From: an uncultured Gemmataceae bacterium
Lineage (GTDB): Bacteria > Planctomycetota > Planctomycetia > Gemmatales > Gemmataceae
Assembly (NCBI GenBank): GCA_963750165.1
Contig: CAVVPN010000003.1
Coordinates: forward strand, 2,592,001-2,656,000
Direction of reading: 5' to 3'
DNA: 64,000 bases
Under the pieces are notes generated by a model. That model was not told where the DNA came from. It saw nothing but the letters and a program-made list of their open reading frames with translations, and did not search any database. Every line of letters begins with the position of its first letter. The first letter of the stretch is position 1. Of the stretch, positions 1 through 11,863 are shown one piece after another. The position numbers were made by a program, and so were the translations under genes.

Positions 1-405
1 CCGCTGCTTCATCTGCGGAATCAGCGCCCGCGTCAGCGCCATCACCGAACCGAGGTTGATCTCGAACACCTCATCCCAATCCTGATCCTGAATGTCCTCG
101 ACCGGTTGCGGCCGATTGGTGCCGGCGTTGTTGATGAGCACATCGACACGGCCGGCCTTCTCCAGAGCCGCCTGCGCCAGCCGCTGTGCCTCGCTGCGCC
201 GCGCCATGTCGGCGACGACGTAATGTCCCTTGCGGCCGGTGCCGTGCAGAATGTCGGCCAGGGCCGTTTTCAGCTCGTCCTCGTGGCGGCTGCTGATGAC
301 GACATCGGCGCCGATCTCGGCCAGACCGCGGGCCATGGCCTTGCCCAGTCCCTTGCTGCCGCCCGTCACCAGGGCCACCTTGCCGGTCAGGTTGAACAGG
401 TTCAT
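1..405 (-). CDS. SDR family oxidoreductase (3' part outside window)
   Basis: Manual translation MNLFNLTGKVALVTGGSKGLGKAMARGL (TGxxxGxG Rossmann motif); GAGGAG upstream. Confidence 0.9.
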   Translation of the reverse strand, partial: MNLFNLTGKVALVTGGSKGLGKAMARGLAEIGADVVISSRHEDELKTALADILHGTGRKGHYVVADMARRSEAQRLAQAALEKAGRVDVLINNAGTNRPQPVEDIQDQDWDEVFEINLGSVMALTRALIPQMKQR

Positions 406-557
406 CACCGTCTCCTCTCGTTGGTGTTGCACAGTGGTTGCCGATCAGGATACGGATTGCCCCGGTCTTCGGTCAGCGCAGCGCTTGACACTCATCGGTC
501 GCACCGCTATCGTCCGCCCCGGTTCCCCTGTCGCCGTGGGCGAGGAAGCGCAGGTCC

Positions 558-1229
558 ATGGAAGTGCTGGCGCCGGACATTGTGGCCGAGGTGAAAACGC
601 TGTCGGTCGGCCTGTGCGCCGGCGGCCTGGCGGTCGGGCTGGCGCTGTGGCTGCTCGGCTGGTGGAGTCACCGTTTCTGGGTGGTGCTGACGATCACGGC
701 GCTGGCGGGGGTGTACGGGCTCTACGAGGCGCCGGCCTGGCGCGTGCAACCGCTGCTGACGGGAGTGCTGCTGGCCCTGGCGGCGGGCATGCTGGCGCTG
801 GCGCTGGTGCGGCTGCTGGCGTTCGCGGCCGGCGGCGTCGCCGCGGTGCTCGCGCTGCAGGCGCTGGTGCCGACGCTCGACCAGCCGCTCATCTGTTTTC
901 TGGCCGGCGGCCTGCTCGGCATGGCGCTGTTCCGCTTCTGGATCATGGCGCTGACCAGCGCCGGCGGTACGCTGCTGATCGGCTACAGCGGCCTGGGCCT
1001 GGCGGAGCACCTGTTGCACTGCGACGCGGTGGCGTTCAGCGAGAAGCATGTCGTGCTGCTCAACTGGCTGTGCGGGGCGGCGGCCCTGCTGGGGCTGGCG
1101 GCGCAGTGCTTTCTGACGCGGCGCGGCAAGAAGCCGGTGTCCTCCGGCAAGGGCAGGAAGGGGATTTTGACGGCGGAGCTGGTGAAACCGTCGTGGTTGT
1201 CGTGGCGGCCGCGCCGCAAGGCGGGGTGA
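558..1229 (+). CDS. Multi-pass membrane protein (DUF4203-like)
   Basis: 223 aa, several Gly/Leu/Ala-rich hydrophobic helices, basic C-terminal tail. Confidence 0.7.
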   Translation: MEVLAPDIVAEVKTLSVGLCAGGLAVGLALWLLGWWSHRFWVVLTITALAGVYGLYEAPAWRVQPLLTGVLLALAAGMLALALVRLLAFAAGGVAAVLALQALVPTLDQPLICFLAGGLLGMALFRFWIMALTSAGGTLLIGYSGLGLAEHLLHCDAVAFSEKHVVLLNWLCGAAALLGLAAQCFLTRRGKKPVSSGKGRKGILTAELVKPSWLSWRPRRKAG

Positions 1230-1429
1230 GAGATCGGCCGCCGGTCGCCGGCCTTGACGCTCCAGCCGCGGCACGGGAGGATGGCTGAAGGAGAACGGTC
1301 ACTGTGGCAGAACCCAGCGAGGGCGGCGGGCGTTCTGGCGACGGGCGCTCAAGCCAAGGAATTGAAGGCAACGATTGAGTCCATGTTAACCCCAGCCGTG
1401 AAGGTGTAGTTTCCCCTGCCGCCGCCGCG

Positions 1430-2419
1430 TCAGCGCGGCGCCGCGGACACCTCGGCGGACTGGCTCAGACACTCCAGGTCGTGATCGACCATGCGCCGCA
1501 CCAGTTCCTCAAAACTGACCTCGGGCTTCCAGTACAGCTGCTCGCGCGCCCGGCGGGCGTCGGCGACCAGCGGCACCGCCTCGGCGGGACGGTAGAACTG
1601 CGGATCAACCACCACGTAATCCTGCCAGCGCAGCGCCACGCGGTCAAAGGCGACGCGCACGAAATCCTCAACGGTGTGCGGCTGCCCGGTGCCGATCACA
1701 TAGTCCGCGGCCGCCGGCTGCTGCAACATCAGCCACATGCAGCGCACGTAGTCGCCGGCGAAACCCCAGTCGCGCACCGACTGCAGGTTGCCCAGACGCA
1801 GTTCCTTCGCCAGGCCGAGCTTGATCCGCGCTGCCGTCGCCGTGATCTTGCGCGTCACGAACGCCGGCGGCCGGCGCGGCGACTCATGGTTGTAGAGGAT
1901 GCCCGAGCAGGCGAACAGGCCGAAGCAGTCGCGATAGTTGGCGGTGATGTGGTGGGCGCAGACCTTCGAGGTGCCGTAGGGGCTGCGCGGCCGCAGCGGC
2001 GTCTGTTCGTTCTGCGGGCTGTGGTCGGCCTGGCCGAACATCTCGCTGGTGCCGGCCTGGAAGAACCGCGCCGCCGGCGCGTGCCGCCGCACCGCCTCCA
2101 GCAGCCGGGCCACCGACAGCAGGTTGAACTCCAGCGTCGGCAGCGGCTGCTGCCAGCTCGCCGGCACGAACGTCATCGCCGCCAGGTTGTAGACCTCCGC
2201 CGGTTGCAGGCTGCGCACCAGATGCTCCAACCCCTCCTGGTCGAGCAGGTTGGCCTCGAACAACTCCACGCGCCGGCACACCTCCGGTAGTTCCTCCTTG
2301 ACGCCGTCGGCGGCGGGCCGGACCAGGCCGTAGACGCGGTAACCCTTCGTCAGCAGTAATTCCGCCAAATAACTGCCGTCCTGACCGGTGACCCCGGTGA
2401 GCAGCGCGGTCTTCGTCAT
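1430..2419 (-). CDS. gmd: GDP-mannose 4,6-dehydratase (paralog 2)
   Basis: TGVTGQDGSYLAE, SPYGTSK, FNHES-like YNHESPRR, RDWGFAGDYV. Confidence 0.9.
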   Translation of the reverse strand: MTKTALLTGVTGQDGSYLAELLLTKGYRVYGLVRPAADGVKEELPEVCRRVELFEANLLDQEGLEHLVRSLQPAEVYNLAAMTFVPASWQQPLPTLEFNLLSVARLLEAVRRHAPAARFFQAGTSEMFGQADHSPQNEQTPLRPRSPYGTSKVCAHHITANYRDCFGLFACSGILYNHESPRRPPAFVTRKITATAARIKLGLAKELRLGNLQSVRDWGFAGDYVRCMWLMLQQPAAADYVIGTGQPHTVEDFVRVAFDRVALRWQDYVVVDPQFYRPAEAVPLVADARRAREQLYWKPEVSFEELVRRMVDHDLECLSQSAEVSAAPR

Positions 2420-2490
2420 CGCGGGCCTCCCAAGGGCGGGCGGAACCCCTCCGCCGTGCGCCAGCGCCCATCTTACCCAGGCCGGCAGTT

Positions 2491-3705
2491 TTAAGCAGCC
2501 CGAGAAACCGGTGCAGCCCTCAGGCCGCCAAGCGCTGCCCGGTAGGCGTCAAGCGTATCGACGGCGCAGCGGGCCCAGGTGAACGGCGCCGCCGCCGCGG
2601 TGGCGCCGCGGCACAGTTCGCGGTGCCAGTCGTCGTCGGCCAGCACGCCGTGCAGCGCGTCGCGCCAGCTGGCCTCGTCGTCGGGAGCGATCAGGTGCGC
2701 CTTGTGGCCGGCGGTCTCTGCCAGGGCCGCGGCGGTCGAGGCCAGCACCGCGCCGCCGCACGCCAGCATCTCGATGGCCGGCATACCGAAACCCTCGTAG
2801 TGCGTGGGGAACGCCAGCGCTCGCGCCCCGTTGTACAGCGCCGCCAGGTCATCCTCGGCGACGTAGCCCAGGTGCAGCACGCCCGCCGGTTTGCCGATTT
2901 CATCCAGGCAGCGCATCAGCCCGGTGGCGTTCCAGCCCCAGCGGCCGACCAGCAGCAATGGCCAGCGCGATCGCAGGGCCGCCGGCAGGCCGGCGTAAGC
3001 GCGGAGCAGCGTCTCCAGGTTCTTGCGCGGCTCCAGCGTGCCGACATGCAGCAGATAGGCGGGCGGCAGACCGAGCCGCTTCAGGGCCGCGGCAGTCGCG
3101 GCCGCCGGGAGCGGTCGCAGGCCGGGGCGGACGCCCATGTACGTGACGCTGACACGCTCCGCGGGCACGCCCAGGTGGCGGACGATCTGCCGGCGGCTGA
3201 ACTCGGAGATGGTCAGGAAATGGCAGCACTGGCGTAGCGCCCGCGGCAGGTGGCGCTCGAAGAAGGCGACGCGCGCCGCCGGGTGCCATTCGGGGTGCAG
3301 CACCGCGGACAGGTCGTGGAAGGTGGCGACCGTCGGGCAGTCGCCCGGCAACGGGATGAAGTTGGGTTCGTGGTGCAGGTCGCAGCGCTGCAGCAGACCG
3401 CGGCTGGCCCAGGCCATGCCGCCGATCCGCAACCGCTCCGCGAGGTTGCCGAGGTTGCGCTTCAGCCCGGACAGGCGGCCGCCGCTGGCCGGGGTGCCCG
3501 CGGGGGCCGGGCCGTTGCCGCTGGCGCCGCGCAGCTTGCGCCACGCCTTGCGGAAGCGCGACACCCAGGGCGGCGGGAAACAGGTGATGGTGCCTGGCGG
3601 TGTCTGCTCGATGAGGCAGCGCACCAGTTCGGTGGTGTAGTGGCCGATGCCGGTCTTGGTGCTGTCCAGGGCCGCCAGATGGTTCACGGCGATGCGCACC
3701 GGCAC
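2491..3705 (-). CDS. Glycosyltransferase family 4
   Basis: HVGTLEPRKN, YEGFGMPAIEMLACG. Confidence 0.9.
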   Translation of the reverse strand: MPVRIAVNHLAALDSTKTGIGHYTTELVRCLIEQTPPGTITCFPPPWVSRFRKAWRKLRGASGNGPAPAGTPASGGRLSGLKRNLGNLAERLRIGGMAWASRGLLQRCDLHHEPNFIPLPGDCPTVATFHDLSAVLHPEWHPAARVAFFERHLPRALRQCCHFLTISEFSRRQIVRHLGVPAERVSVTYMGVRPGLRPLPAAATAAALKRLGLPPAYLLHVGTLEPRKNLETLLRAYAGLPAALRSRWPLLLVGRWGWNATGLMRCLDEIGKPAGVLHLGYVAEDDLAALYNGARALAFPTHYEGFGMPAIEMLACGGAVLASTAAALAETAGHKAHLIAPDDEASWRDALHGVLADDDWHRELCRGATAAAAPFTWARCAVDTLDAYRAALGGLRAAPVSRAA

Positions 3706-3753
3706 CTCCTGTGCACGAGAGGGGGATGTTGGCGGGCTGAAATCATCAGTGAT

Positions 3754-4804
3754 TCACTGCGGCAAGCGACAGAGAAGATAACTAACGCCGCCATCCGGAC
3801 GGCACTCCGCCCGCGCCACGGCCGCCGGCAGCACCCAGACCTGACCGGCCGCCAGCGCCTCGTCGCCGTGCGGCGTGCGCAGCCGGCCGCGGCCCGCCAG
3901 CACGACCAGCAGTTGCAGCCGACCAGTGCCGCCAAGGTCCACAGGGTCCGTGCGACTGACGTACTCCAACTCGAAGAACCGGCACCGCGCCAGCGACCGC
4001 TGCTCGCGCGGCCACGCACTCGGACTACCGGCGACCAGTGTTGTCCAGCTCTCGGCGCGCACCGGGGCGACCGGGCCACGGTCCCAGTCGATGCAGCGCA
4101 GCGACTCCTCGACGTGCAGCTGCCGGCGGTTGCCCAGGGCGTCACAGCGGTCCCAGTCGTAGAGGCGGAAGGTCGCGTCACTGGTCTGCTGCACCTCGGC
4201 CATCAGCACGCCACCGCCGACCGCGTGGACGGTGCCGGCCGGCAGGAACACGCTGTCGCCGGGCCGCGGCGTGAACGCATGCAGGCAGTCCACCGCGCGG
4301 CCGGCCGCCAGCGCCGCGCAGCGCCTTTTCATCGACGCCCGGCTTCAGGCCGGCGTAGACGCGACCGCCCGGCAGCACGTCCAGGATGAACCACACTTCC
4401 GTCTTGCCGATTTCGCCGGGCCAGAGGTGCCGGGCCTGTTCGTCGTCAGGGTGGACCTGGACCGAGAGCCAGTCATGGCAGTCGAGAAACTTCACCAGCC
4501 AGGGGAAGCGCTCGTGGACCAGCGCGGCCGGCCCGAGCAGGGCGACGCGGTGTTCCTTCATCAGCGACCGCAGCGTCACGCCCGCCCAGGGGCCGCCGAC
4601 CACGACGCTGCTGTGGCTGGCGTGGTCGCTCACCTCCCACGATTCGCCGTAGGGTTGGTCGTCCGGCAGCACCTTGCCCAGGTGCGTGCCGAGGCGCCGA
4701 CCCCCCCAGACCATCGGCCGCAGATACGGCCGAAAACACAAGGGGCCGTCGAGCACGGCGGCGCTCGGCGGCGGCGTGGGCACGCGGTTGGGCAGGCGGC
4801 TCAT
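3754..4804 (-). CDS. manA: Class I mannose-6-phosphate isomerase (frameshift near 4315)
   Basis: VWGG, GESWEVS, LSVQVHP, KTEVW in ORF 4178..4804; PAGTVHA, EVQQTSD in ORF 3754..4332. Confidence 0.85.
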
Positions 4805-4820
4805 GGGCTCCTCTCGCTTT

Positions 4821-4885
4821 GTTCGTGATACCGGCTTTAGCCGGAATCCAACACTCCGATTCCGTCTGAAGGCGGTACTACGAAC
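4821..4885. repeat. REP-like palindromic doublet, family B (degenerate)
   Basis: GTTCGTGATACCGGCTTTAGCCGG ... CCGTCTGAAGGCGGTACTACGAAC; related to 17844-18039 and 55700-55760. Confidence 0.75.
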
Positions 4886-4894
4886 CAGGACGGC

Positions 4895-5656
4895 TCACGC
4901 GGCGGCGGCGGGCTTTACCCTCGCGGAATCCGTGTAGGCATTCACCACCTCAAGTGGGTCGCCGGTCATGCGGATGCGGCCGTGGTCCAGCCAGACCGCC
5001 CGGTGGCACAGCTTCTTGATCGATTCCAGATCATGGCTGACGAACACGATTAACCGGGCCTTGTTCATCATATCGCGCATGCGCTGGCTGGCCTTTTCCT
5101 GGAAGGAGCGGTCGCCGACGCTTAGCACCTCGTCCACCAGCAGGATTTCCGGGTCGATGGCCGTGGCGATCGAGAACGCCAGCCGTACCTTCATGCCCGA
5201 GGAGTAGTAGCGCACCGGCATGTCCAGGAAGTGCCCCAGTTCGCTGAACTCGGCGATTGGCTTGAGCTTGGCCTTGATGGTGGTCGGCGTCTCGCCCTGG
5301 AGGTAGCCGCGGTAGGCGATGTTCTCCCAGCCGCTGGCCTCCGGCTCGAAGCCCAGGCCGATGTCGAACAGCGAACTGATCTTGCCCTGCACGCGCAGCC
5401 GGCCGCAGGTGGGCGGATAGATGCCGGCCAGGACGCGCAGCAGCGTGCTCTTACCGGCGCCGTTGCCGCCGAGCACGCCCACGCGCTCGCCCTCGCGGAC
5501 CTCGAACGTGACCTCCTTCAACGCCTCGACGGTGACGTAGGCGCTCTGCTGGCGGCGCCGCAGAAGGCTGCGCACCACGAACTCCTTGAGCGTGGTGCGC
5601 GCGTACTGCCGCACCGAGAACGTCAGACTCAGGCCGTTCAGTTGAATGTGCGCCAT
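4895..5656 (-). CDS. wzt: Polysaccharide ABC exporter ATP-binding subunit
   Basis: GGNGAGKST, YSSGM signature, ILLVDEVLSVGD. Confidence 0.9.
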   Translation of the reverse strand: MAHIQLNGLSLTFSVRQYARTTLKEFVVRSLLRRRQQSAYVTVEALKEVTFEVREGERVGVLGGNGAGKSTLLRVLAGIYPPTCGRLRVQGKISSLFDIGLGFEPEASGWENIAYRGYLQGETPTTIKAKLKPIAEFSELGHFLDMPVRYYSSGMKVRLAFSIATAIDPEILLVDEVLSVGDRSFQEKASQRMRDMMNKARLIVFVSHDLESIKKLCHRAVWLDHGRIRMTGDPLEVVNAYTDSARVKPAAAA

Positions 5657-5767
5657 GTGGAATGCCTTCCCTTGCGACCGCCTCTTGTTCCCTCTCCCTG
5701 GCTGGGGGGAGGCGCTCTTTCTCCCTCCCCCCTGGTGGGGTAGGGTTGGGGTGGGGGGGGGATCGCC

Positions 5768-6562
5768 TTACAGGTGGAAAATGATGTGCCGCTGGCAGCG
5801 GGCCAACGTCAGCGACGCGGCGGCAAACACCACCACCACCGTCCAGCTGGCCATCATGTAGGACGGCCCGGCCGCCATCGTCCCGTCCAGCACGGGGCAG
5901 CGCACCAGGTCGAGCAGGGCCGCGAACGGATTGTAGTTGACCAGCCAGTCCAGGCCGCGTGCCTTCAGCAACTCGGCCGGGTAGATAACCGGCGTCAGAT
6001 ACATCATCCCCTGAAAGCCTACCTCACACAGGTGCTGCGTGTCCTGGAAGTACACCGTGGCCAGCCCCGCCAGCACCGCCAGCGACCAGCCAAAGACGAA
6101 CAGCATCAACATGCCCGGCAGCAACCAGATCAGGGCCGCCAACCGGTCGAGGCTGGTGCCCTTGAACACGAACGCGGCCGCCAGCACGATGGCCATCGCG
6201 ATCAGGAAGTGAATCATCGCCCCCAGGGCGGAGCGGAGCGGATAAATCGCCATCGGCGCGGGGTACTGGCGGATGTAGGACTCGCCCTGGAAGAAGCACT
6301 GACAGCCCGACAGCGTGGCGGTCACGAAGAAGCTCCACGTTGCCAGGCCGGCCAGCAGGAAGGGGCCGTAACTGAGGATGTCGCCCTCGGGCATGATGAT
6401 CTTGCCGAACACCGTACACAAGATGGCCGTCATGGCAATCGGGTGCAACAGCGACCAGCCCAGGCCGAGCACCGAACGGCGATAACGCGCCCGCAGATCA
6501 ATCTTGACGAGACTCATCCAGAAATAGCGGCACTTCCAGATTCCCTTCAGGTAGTCCAGCAT
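5768..6562 (-). CDS. wzm: Polysaccharide ABC exporter permease
   Basis: RYRRSVLGLGWSLLHP, YLTPVIYP, NPF; adjacent to wzt. Confidence 0.9.
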   Translation of the reverse strand: MLDYLKGIWKCRYFWMSLVKIDLRARYRRSVLGLGWSLLHPIAMTAILCTVFGKIIMPEGDILSYGPFLLAGLATWSFFVTATLSGCQCFFQGESYIRQYPAPMAIYPLRSALGAMIHFLIAMAIVLAAAFVFKGTSLDRLAALIWLLPGMLMLFVFGWSLAVLAGLATVYFQDTQHLCEVGFQGMMYLTPVIYPAELLKARGLDWLVNYNPFAALLDLVRCPVLDGTMAAGPSYMMASWTVVVVFAAASLTLARCQRHIIFHL

Positions 6563-6600
6563 GCCTTCTCCTCGTGTTCAGGCGGTGCCGGCGCACTCTT

Positions 6601-6660
6601 TCGTGGGGCAGACATTCCTGTCTGCCGAACTCCTGGCAGACAGGAATGTCTGCCCCACGA
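6601..6660. repeat. REP-like palindromic doublet, family C
   Basis: Perfect 26-bp arms TCGTGGGGCAGACATTCCTGTCTGCC / GGCAGACAGGAATGTCTGCCCCACGA. Confidence 0.9.
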
Positions 6661-6666
6661 GAGAAG

Positions 6667-7794
<1,128 letters not shown>

Positions 7795-9756
7795 TCACGC
7801 CGCCCGGCTGGGCAGTTCGGCCAGACCGCCATCAATAAAGGTATGATGCCAAAGCTGCGTTGCCAACACGCCGACCAGGCCCATCTCCACCGAGGTGCGC
7901 TGGCCGGAGCCGATCCGCAGTCCCGGCAAGCGTTCGCGCCAGTGCCGCACCGCCTCCGCGTCGAAGTAGCCGGCGCGGCGCAGCGACTCCGCGCTGAGCA
8001 GTTGATCGATGAACGGCGGCAGCACGCCGGCGCCGAAAAAGCTGTCGAGCGGGGCGCGGAACATGAGCTTGCGCCGCCGGGCAATCGACGCCGGCAGCCA
8101 GCGCTCCGCCAGGCGCCGCAGCAGGTACTTCTCCTCGAAGCCGCGCAGCTTCCAGCGCGGGTGGACGGGGGCCAGGTAGTCGAACACGTCCTCGTCGAGG
8201 AAGGGATAGCGCGTTTCGACGGACGAGTGCATGGCCACACGGTCGCCCTTGGCGTTGAGCAGGTGGCCCGGCAGGTGGATGCGCATGCCGAAATACAGCG
8301 CCCGGTTGAGCGGGTGCCAGCGGCGGATGCGTCCCGCGTTGATGCCGAGGTCCGCGTAACTGTTGTGCTCCGCGACCGCCTCCAGCACGGCCGGGCTGAA
8401 GAAGCGCAGCTTGTTCAGACTGACCAGACTGTAAAAGTCCATCCAGGCGCTGTGGCCGCCCGCGACTTCATGGACCTTGCGCACCAGGCCCCAGTTCATC
8501 TTCGGGGCACCGTTGAGCCACAGGAACGCCCGCCGCGCCAGCTGGCTGAGGTGCAGCCCCGGCACCATGTCGAGGAAGCCGAGCAGGCGATCCACCTTGA
8601 ACCACGGATAGCCGGCCAGCCATTCGTCGGCGCCCTCGCCGGTCAGCGCCACCTTGTAGCCGTGGGCGTGGACCGCGCGCGCCAGCAGCAGCAGGGCGGT
8701 GCAGCTGGTGTCGATGACCGGGCTCTCCGCGGCGGCGATCAACTCCGGGTAACTGTTCATCACCTCCGCGGCGCCGACGTTGACGACAATCGGCGTCGAG
8801 CCAATGTGCCGGCCGGCGACGGCCGCCTCGGCGGTCTCGTCCAGGTGCGGGTCGTCGATGCGGATGGTGAAGGTCGTGATCGGCTTCCCACGGACATGGC
8901 CGGCCAGGGCCGCGACCGTGGTGGAATCGACCCCGCCGGACAGGTACGACACCACCGGCACGTCCGCCCGCAGCCGTCGCTCCACCGCATGCAACATCAC
9001 CTGCTCGAAGCCGTCCACCAGTCGCCGCTCGTCGCGCTCGGGAGATTCCTTGCCCCGATCCGGAAAGTCGATTTCCCAGTAGGTGTGTTCGCTGAGTTCG
9101 GCCGGCGCGTCGGGGTGGCTGCGGCGCACGCGCAAAAAATGACCGGGCGGTAACAACTGAACCCCGCGGAAGCAGGTGTACGGCCCTGGCTGGGCCATGA
9201 AGGTGAACAGGTGATTGATGCCGAGCAGGTCCGGCTCCACGTTGACCATGCCGGAGGCGAGCAGGGCGCGGATTTCGGAGCCGAACAGCAGCCAGTCGCC
9301 CTGCTGCGTCCAGTACAGCGGACAGATACCGAAGCGGTCGCGGCCCAGCAACAATTGCTGCTGCCGCTCGTCCCAGAGGGCGACCGCGAACTGGCCGCGC
9401 AGCCGCGCGAACAGGTCGGCGTCGTGGTCCTCGTACAGGTGCGGCAGCAGTTCGGTGTCGCAGTGCGTGACGAAACGGTGGCCACGAGCCTCAAGCAGCT
9501 TGCGCTGTTCAGGATAGTCGAAGAGTTCGCCGTTGAAGACGACCGCGACGCTGCGGTCCTCGTTGAAGAGCGGCTGCCGGCCGTCCGCCAGGCCAACGAT
9601 GCTGAGGCGGCGGTTGGCCAGCGCCACGCCGGGGGCGGTGAAATAGCCGTCCTCGTCGGGGCCGCGGTGGACGATGCTCTCGGCCATGGCCCGCAGCACG
9701 CCGCCCGGCACTGTCCGCCCGCCCGCCAGGTCCATCAGCCCCGCAATGCCGCACAT
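7795..9756 (-). CDS. asnB: Asparagine synthase-like glutamine amidotransferase
   Basis: N-terminal MCGIAG, HRGPD, LSGGVDS, GEGADE. Confidence 0.93.
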   Translation of the reverse strand: MCGIAGLMDLAGGRTVPGGVLRAMAESIVHRGPDEDGYFTAPGVALANRRLSIVGLADGRQPLFNEDRSVAVVFNGELFDYPEQRKLLEARGHRFVTHCDTELLPHLYEDHDADLFARLRGQFAVALWDERQQQLLLGRDRFGICPLYWTQQGDWLLFGSEIRALLASGMVNVEPDLLGINHLFTFMAQPGPYTCFRGVQLLPPGHFLRVRRSHPDAPAELSEHTYWEIDFPDRGKESPERDERRLVDGFEQVMLHAVERRLRADVPVVSYLSGGVDSTTVAALAGHVRGKPITTFTIRIDDPHLDETAEAAVAGRHIGSTPIVVNVGAAEVMNSYPELIAAAESPVIDTSCTALLLLARAVHAHGYKVALTGEGADEWLAGYPWFKVDRLLGFLDMVPGLHLSQLARRAFLWLNGAPKMNWGLVRKVHEVAGGHSAWMDFYSLVSLNKLRFFSPAVLEAVAEHNSYADLGINAGRIRRWHPLNRALYFGMRIHLPGHLLNAKGDRVAMHSSVETRYPFLDEDVFDYLAPVHPRWKLRGFEEKYLLRRLAERWLPASIARRRKLMFRAPLDSFFGAGVLPPFIDQLLSAESLRRAGYFDAEAVRHWRERLPGLRIGSGQRTSVEMGLVGVLATQLWHHTFIDGGLAELPSRAA

Positions 9757-9988
9757 GGAACCGCCCTCGACTGCGAAACGCCTTGCTCACTTTCCCAATT
9801 TTACCAGCTTGCCGCAAAAAGCCGACCTGGAGTTGACCGGAAAACGGTTCGCAGGCGCCGCGCGGGCCGGCACAGGCGGCAGGCAAGAACGAACTGAGCG
9901 CACGGGTGGTTGCCGTGCGCGAGCAATCAACTTCCTGATTTTCCATTTTTCTCTTGTCGAGTCCGCTGCCGTCCATTACAAAGATACC

Positions 9989-10056
9989 GTCCCGCTGGGT
10001 GGTGACTTCGGTGACTGGGCGACGCCGAGGGAATCAACAGCGGGACATTTTTTTTT
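9989..10056 (+). ncRNA. Candidate small structured RNA
   Basis: TTGTCG-17bp-TACAAA upstream; stem GTCCCGCTG/CAGCGGGAC closes the whole unit; 9-T tract follows. Confidence 0.4.
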
Positions 10057-10111
10057 CACGATCATGGCACATCGCTTGCACTTCCACCAAGCGGTTCCCA
10101 GTCGCGTGGAC

Positions 10112-10186
10112 CACAAGTCGTGGGACGGCTCTGGAGAGCCGTCGGGAGAAGGCTGACGGCTCTCCAGAGCCGTCCCACGACTTGTG
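10112..10186. repeat. REP-like palindromic doublet, family A
   Basis: Perfect 32-bp inverted arms containing GTGGGACGGCTCTGGAGAGCCGTC. Confidence 0.9.
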
Positions 10187-10360
10187 CGCTACCAAACGCG
10201 AACCGCTGCCCTGACAAAAAGCCGCCCACCTGATGGGCTGTTCAGAGGCGGCGCGATTTTCATGATCTCTGGGTGAACCCCAAGTCATGACGACTCTAAC
10301 AACGAGAAAAGGCACCCCCTTCTGCCTGGCTGAAACTGTTCGAGAAGGACGAATCAGGCC

Positions 10361-10940
10361 ATGGTTGGCGCCGTGGAAGCAGTACCATCCCTGAAGCGGC
10401 CCCTCCGTGTCCTGGTGGTCGATGACAACCGGGACGCCGCGGATAGCCTGGCCACGCTGCTGGGGTTGTGGGGATACGACTATCGCGTGGCCTACGACGG
10501 CGCAACTGGCTGGGAAGTTGCTTGCGCATACCGGCCGGATTGTCTGCTGCTTGACATCCGGATGCCGGGCCTGGACGGTTACACCCTGGCCCAGCGCGTC
10601 CGCCAGCACCCGGACCTGAACAAGGCGAAACTGGTGGCGCTGACGGCGTACTCGGACGAGACGCACGACCGCCTCGCCCAGGAGGCTGGCTTTGACTATC
10701 GCCTGGTGAAGACCGCGGATCCTTCCGAGATAGAAAGGCTTCTCCATATGCTGAACGAACTCATGAAATTGGCCGGTCGGACGGAAGAACTGGCGCAAGA
10801 ACGTCAGCCTCGCCAGTGAGACCAAGGAACTCCTCCAAGAGGTCAAGCAGGACATCCGCGAGGTCAAGGAGGAGGTCAAGGAACTCAAGGAGGATCTACG
10901 CGAGGTCAAGGAGGGCAAGATCCAGGAGCGCCAGGAGTGA
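10361..10940 (+). CDS. Receiver-domain response regulator with C-terminal coiled coil (frameshift near 10798)
   Basis: VLVVDDN, LLDIRMPGLDG, ALTAY; shifted frame continues NVSLASETKELLQEVKQDIREVKEEVKELKEDLREVK to TGA 10938-10940. Confidence 0.8.
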
Positions 10941-10984
10941 AGACACGGGCGCCACCGCCCAGTAATTCCCGGGACGAAGCCGGT

Positions 10985-11863
10985 TCAGTCGATGATCTTG
11001 TTCAGTGGATACTCGACGATGCCGCGCGCCCCGGCCTGCTTCAGCGCCGGCACGATGTGCCGTACCGTGTTCTCGTCCAAAATGGTGTTGACGGCCACCC
11101 ACTCCAGGTCCGACAGCGACGATACCGTTGGCTTTTGCAACGCCGGCAGGATGCGTAGCACCGCCGGCAGGTCCGCCTGGCGCACGTTCAGCATCAGGCC
11201 GACCTTGCCCTCCGCGGCCATCGCCCCCTGTAGCATCAGGATCAGGTCGGCCATCTTCTGCCGCTTCCACGGGTCCGCCTGGGCCCGCTCGTTGCAGATG
11301 AAGCGCGTCGTGCTCTGCAGCAGTTCGCAGACGATGCGCAGGTTGTTGGCTCTGAGCGAACTGCCCGTCTCGGTCACCTCGACGATGGCGTCCGCCAACC
11401 GCGGCGGTTTGACCTCGGTGGCGCCCCAGCTGAACTCCACCTGCGCCGTCACGCCGTGCTGCGCCAGCCAGCGCCGCGTCAGCCCGACCACCTCCGTGGC
11501 GATGCGCTTGCCTTGCAAGTCCTGGACGCTGTGAATCGGCGAATCGTCCGGCACCGCCAGCACCCAGCGCACCGGCCGCCGGCTTACCTTGCTGAAAACC
11601 AGCTCCGCCAGCTCGATCACCTTTGCTTCATTCTCCAGAATCCAGTCGTGACCGGTCAGGCCGCAGTCGAGCGAGCCGTCCTGGACGTAGCGCGGCATCT
11701 CCTGGGCGCGGATCAGCGTGCAGTGCAATTCGGGGTCGTCGATGCTGGGGTAATAACTGCGACTGGTGAAGGTGATTTTGTAGCCGGCCCTGCGGAACAA
11801 CTCGCCCGTGGCCTCCTGCAAACTGCCCGCGGGAATGCCGAGTTTGAGCACCGGATCGTTCAT
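10985..11863 (-). CDS. hisG: ATP phosphoribosyltransferase (long form)
   Basis: [31 protein letters not shown]-terminal regulatory domain. Confidence 0.95.
   Translation of the reverse strand: MNDPVLKLGIPAGSLQEATGELFRRAGYKITFTSRSYYPSIDDPELHCTLIRAQEMPRYVQDGSLDCGLTGHDWILENEAKVIELAELVFSKVSRRPVRWVLAVPDDSPIHSVQDLQGKRIATEVVGLTRRWLAQHGVTAQVEFSWGATEVKPPRLADAIVEVTETGSSLRANNLRIVCELLQSTTRFICNERAQADPWKRQKMADLILMLQGAMAAEGKVGLMLNVRQADLPAVLRILPALQKPTVSSLSDLEWVAVNTILDENTVRHIVPALKQAGARGIVEYPLNKIID

Noticed and set aside
10200..10360. Possible riboswitch upstream of the response regulator
   Set aside because: No recognisable aptamer consensus by eye.
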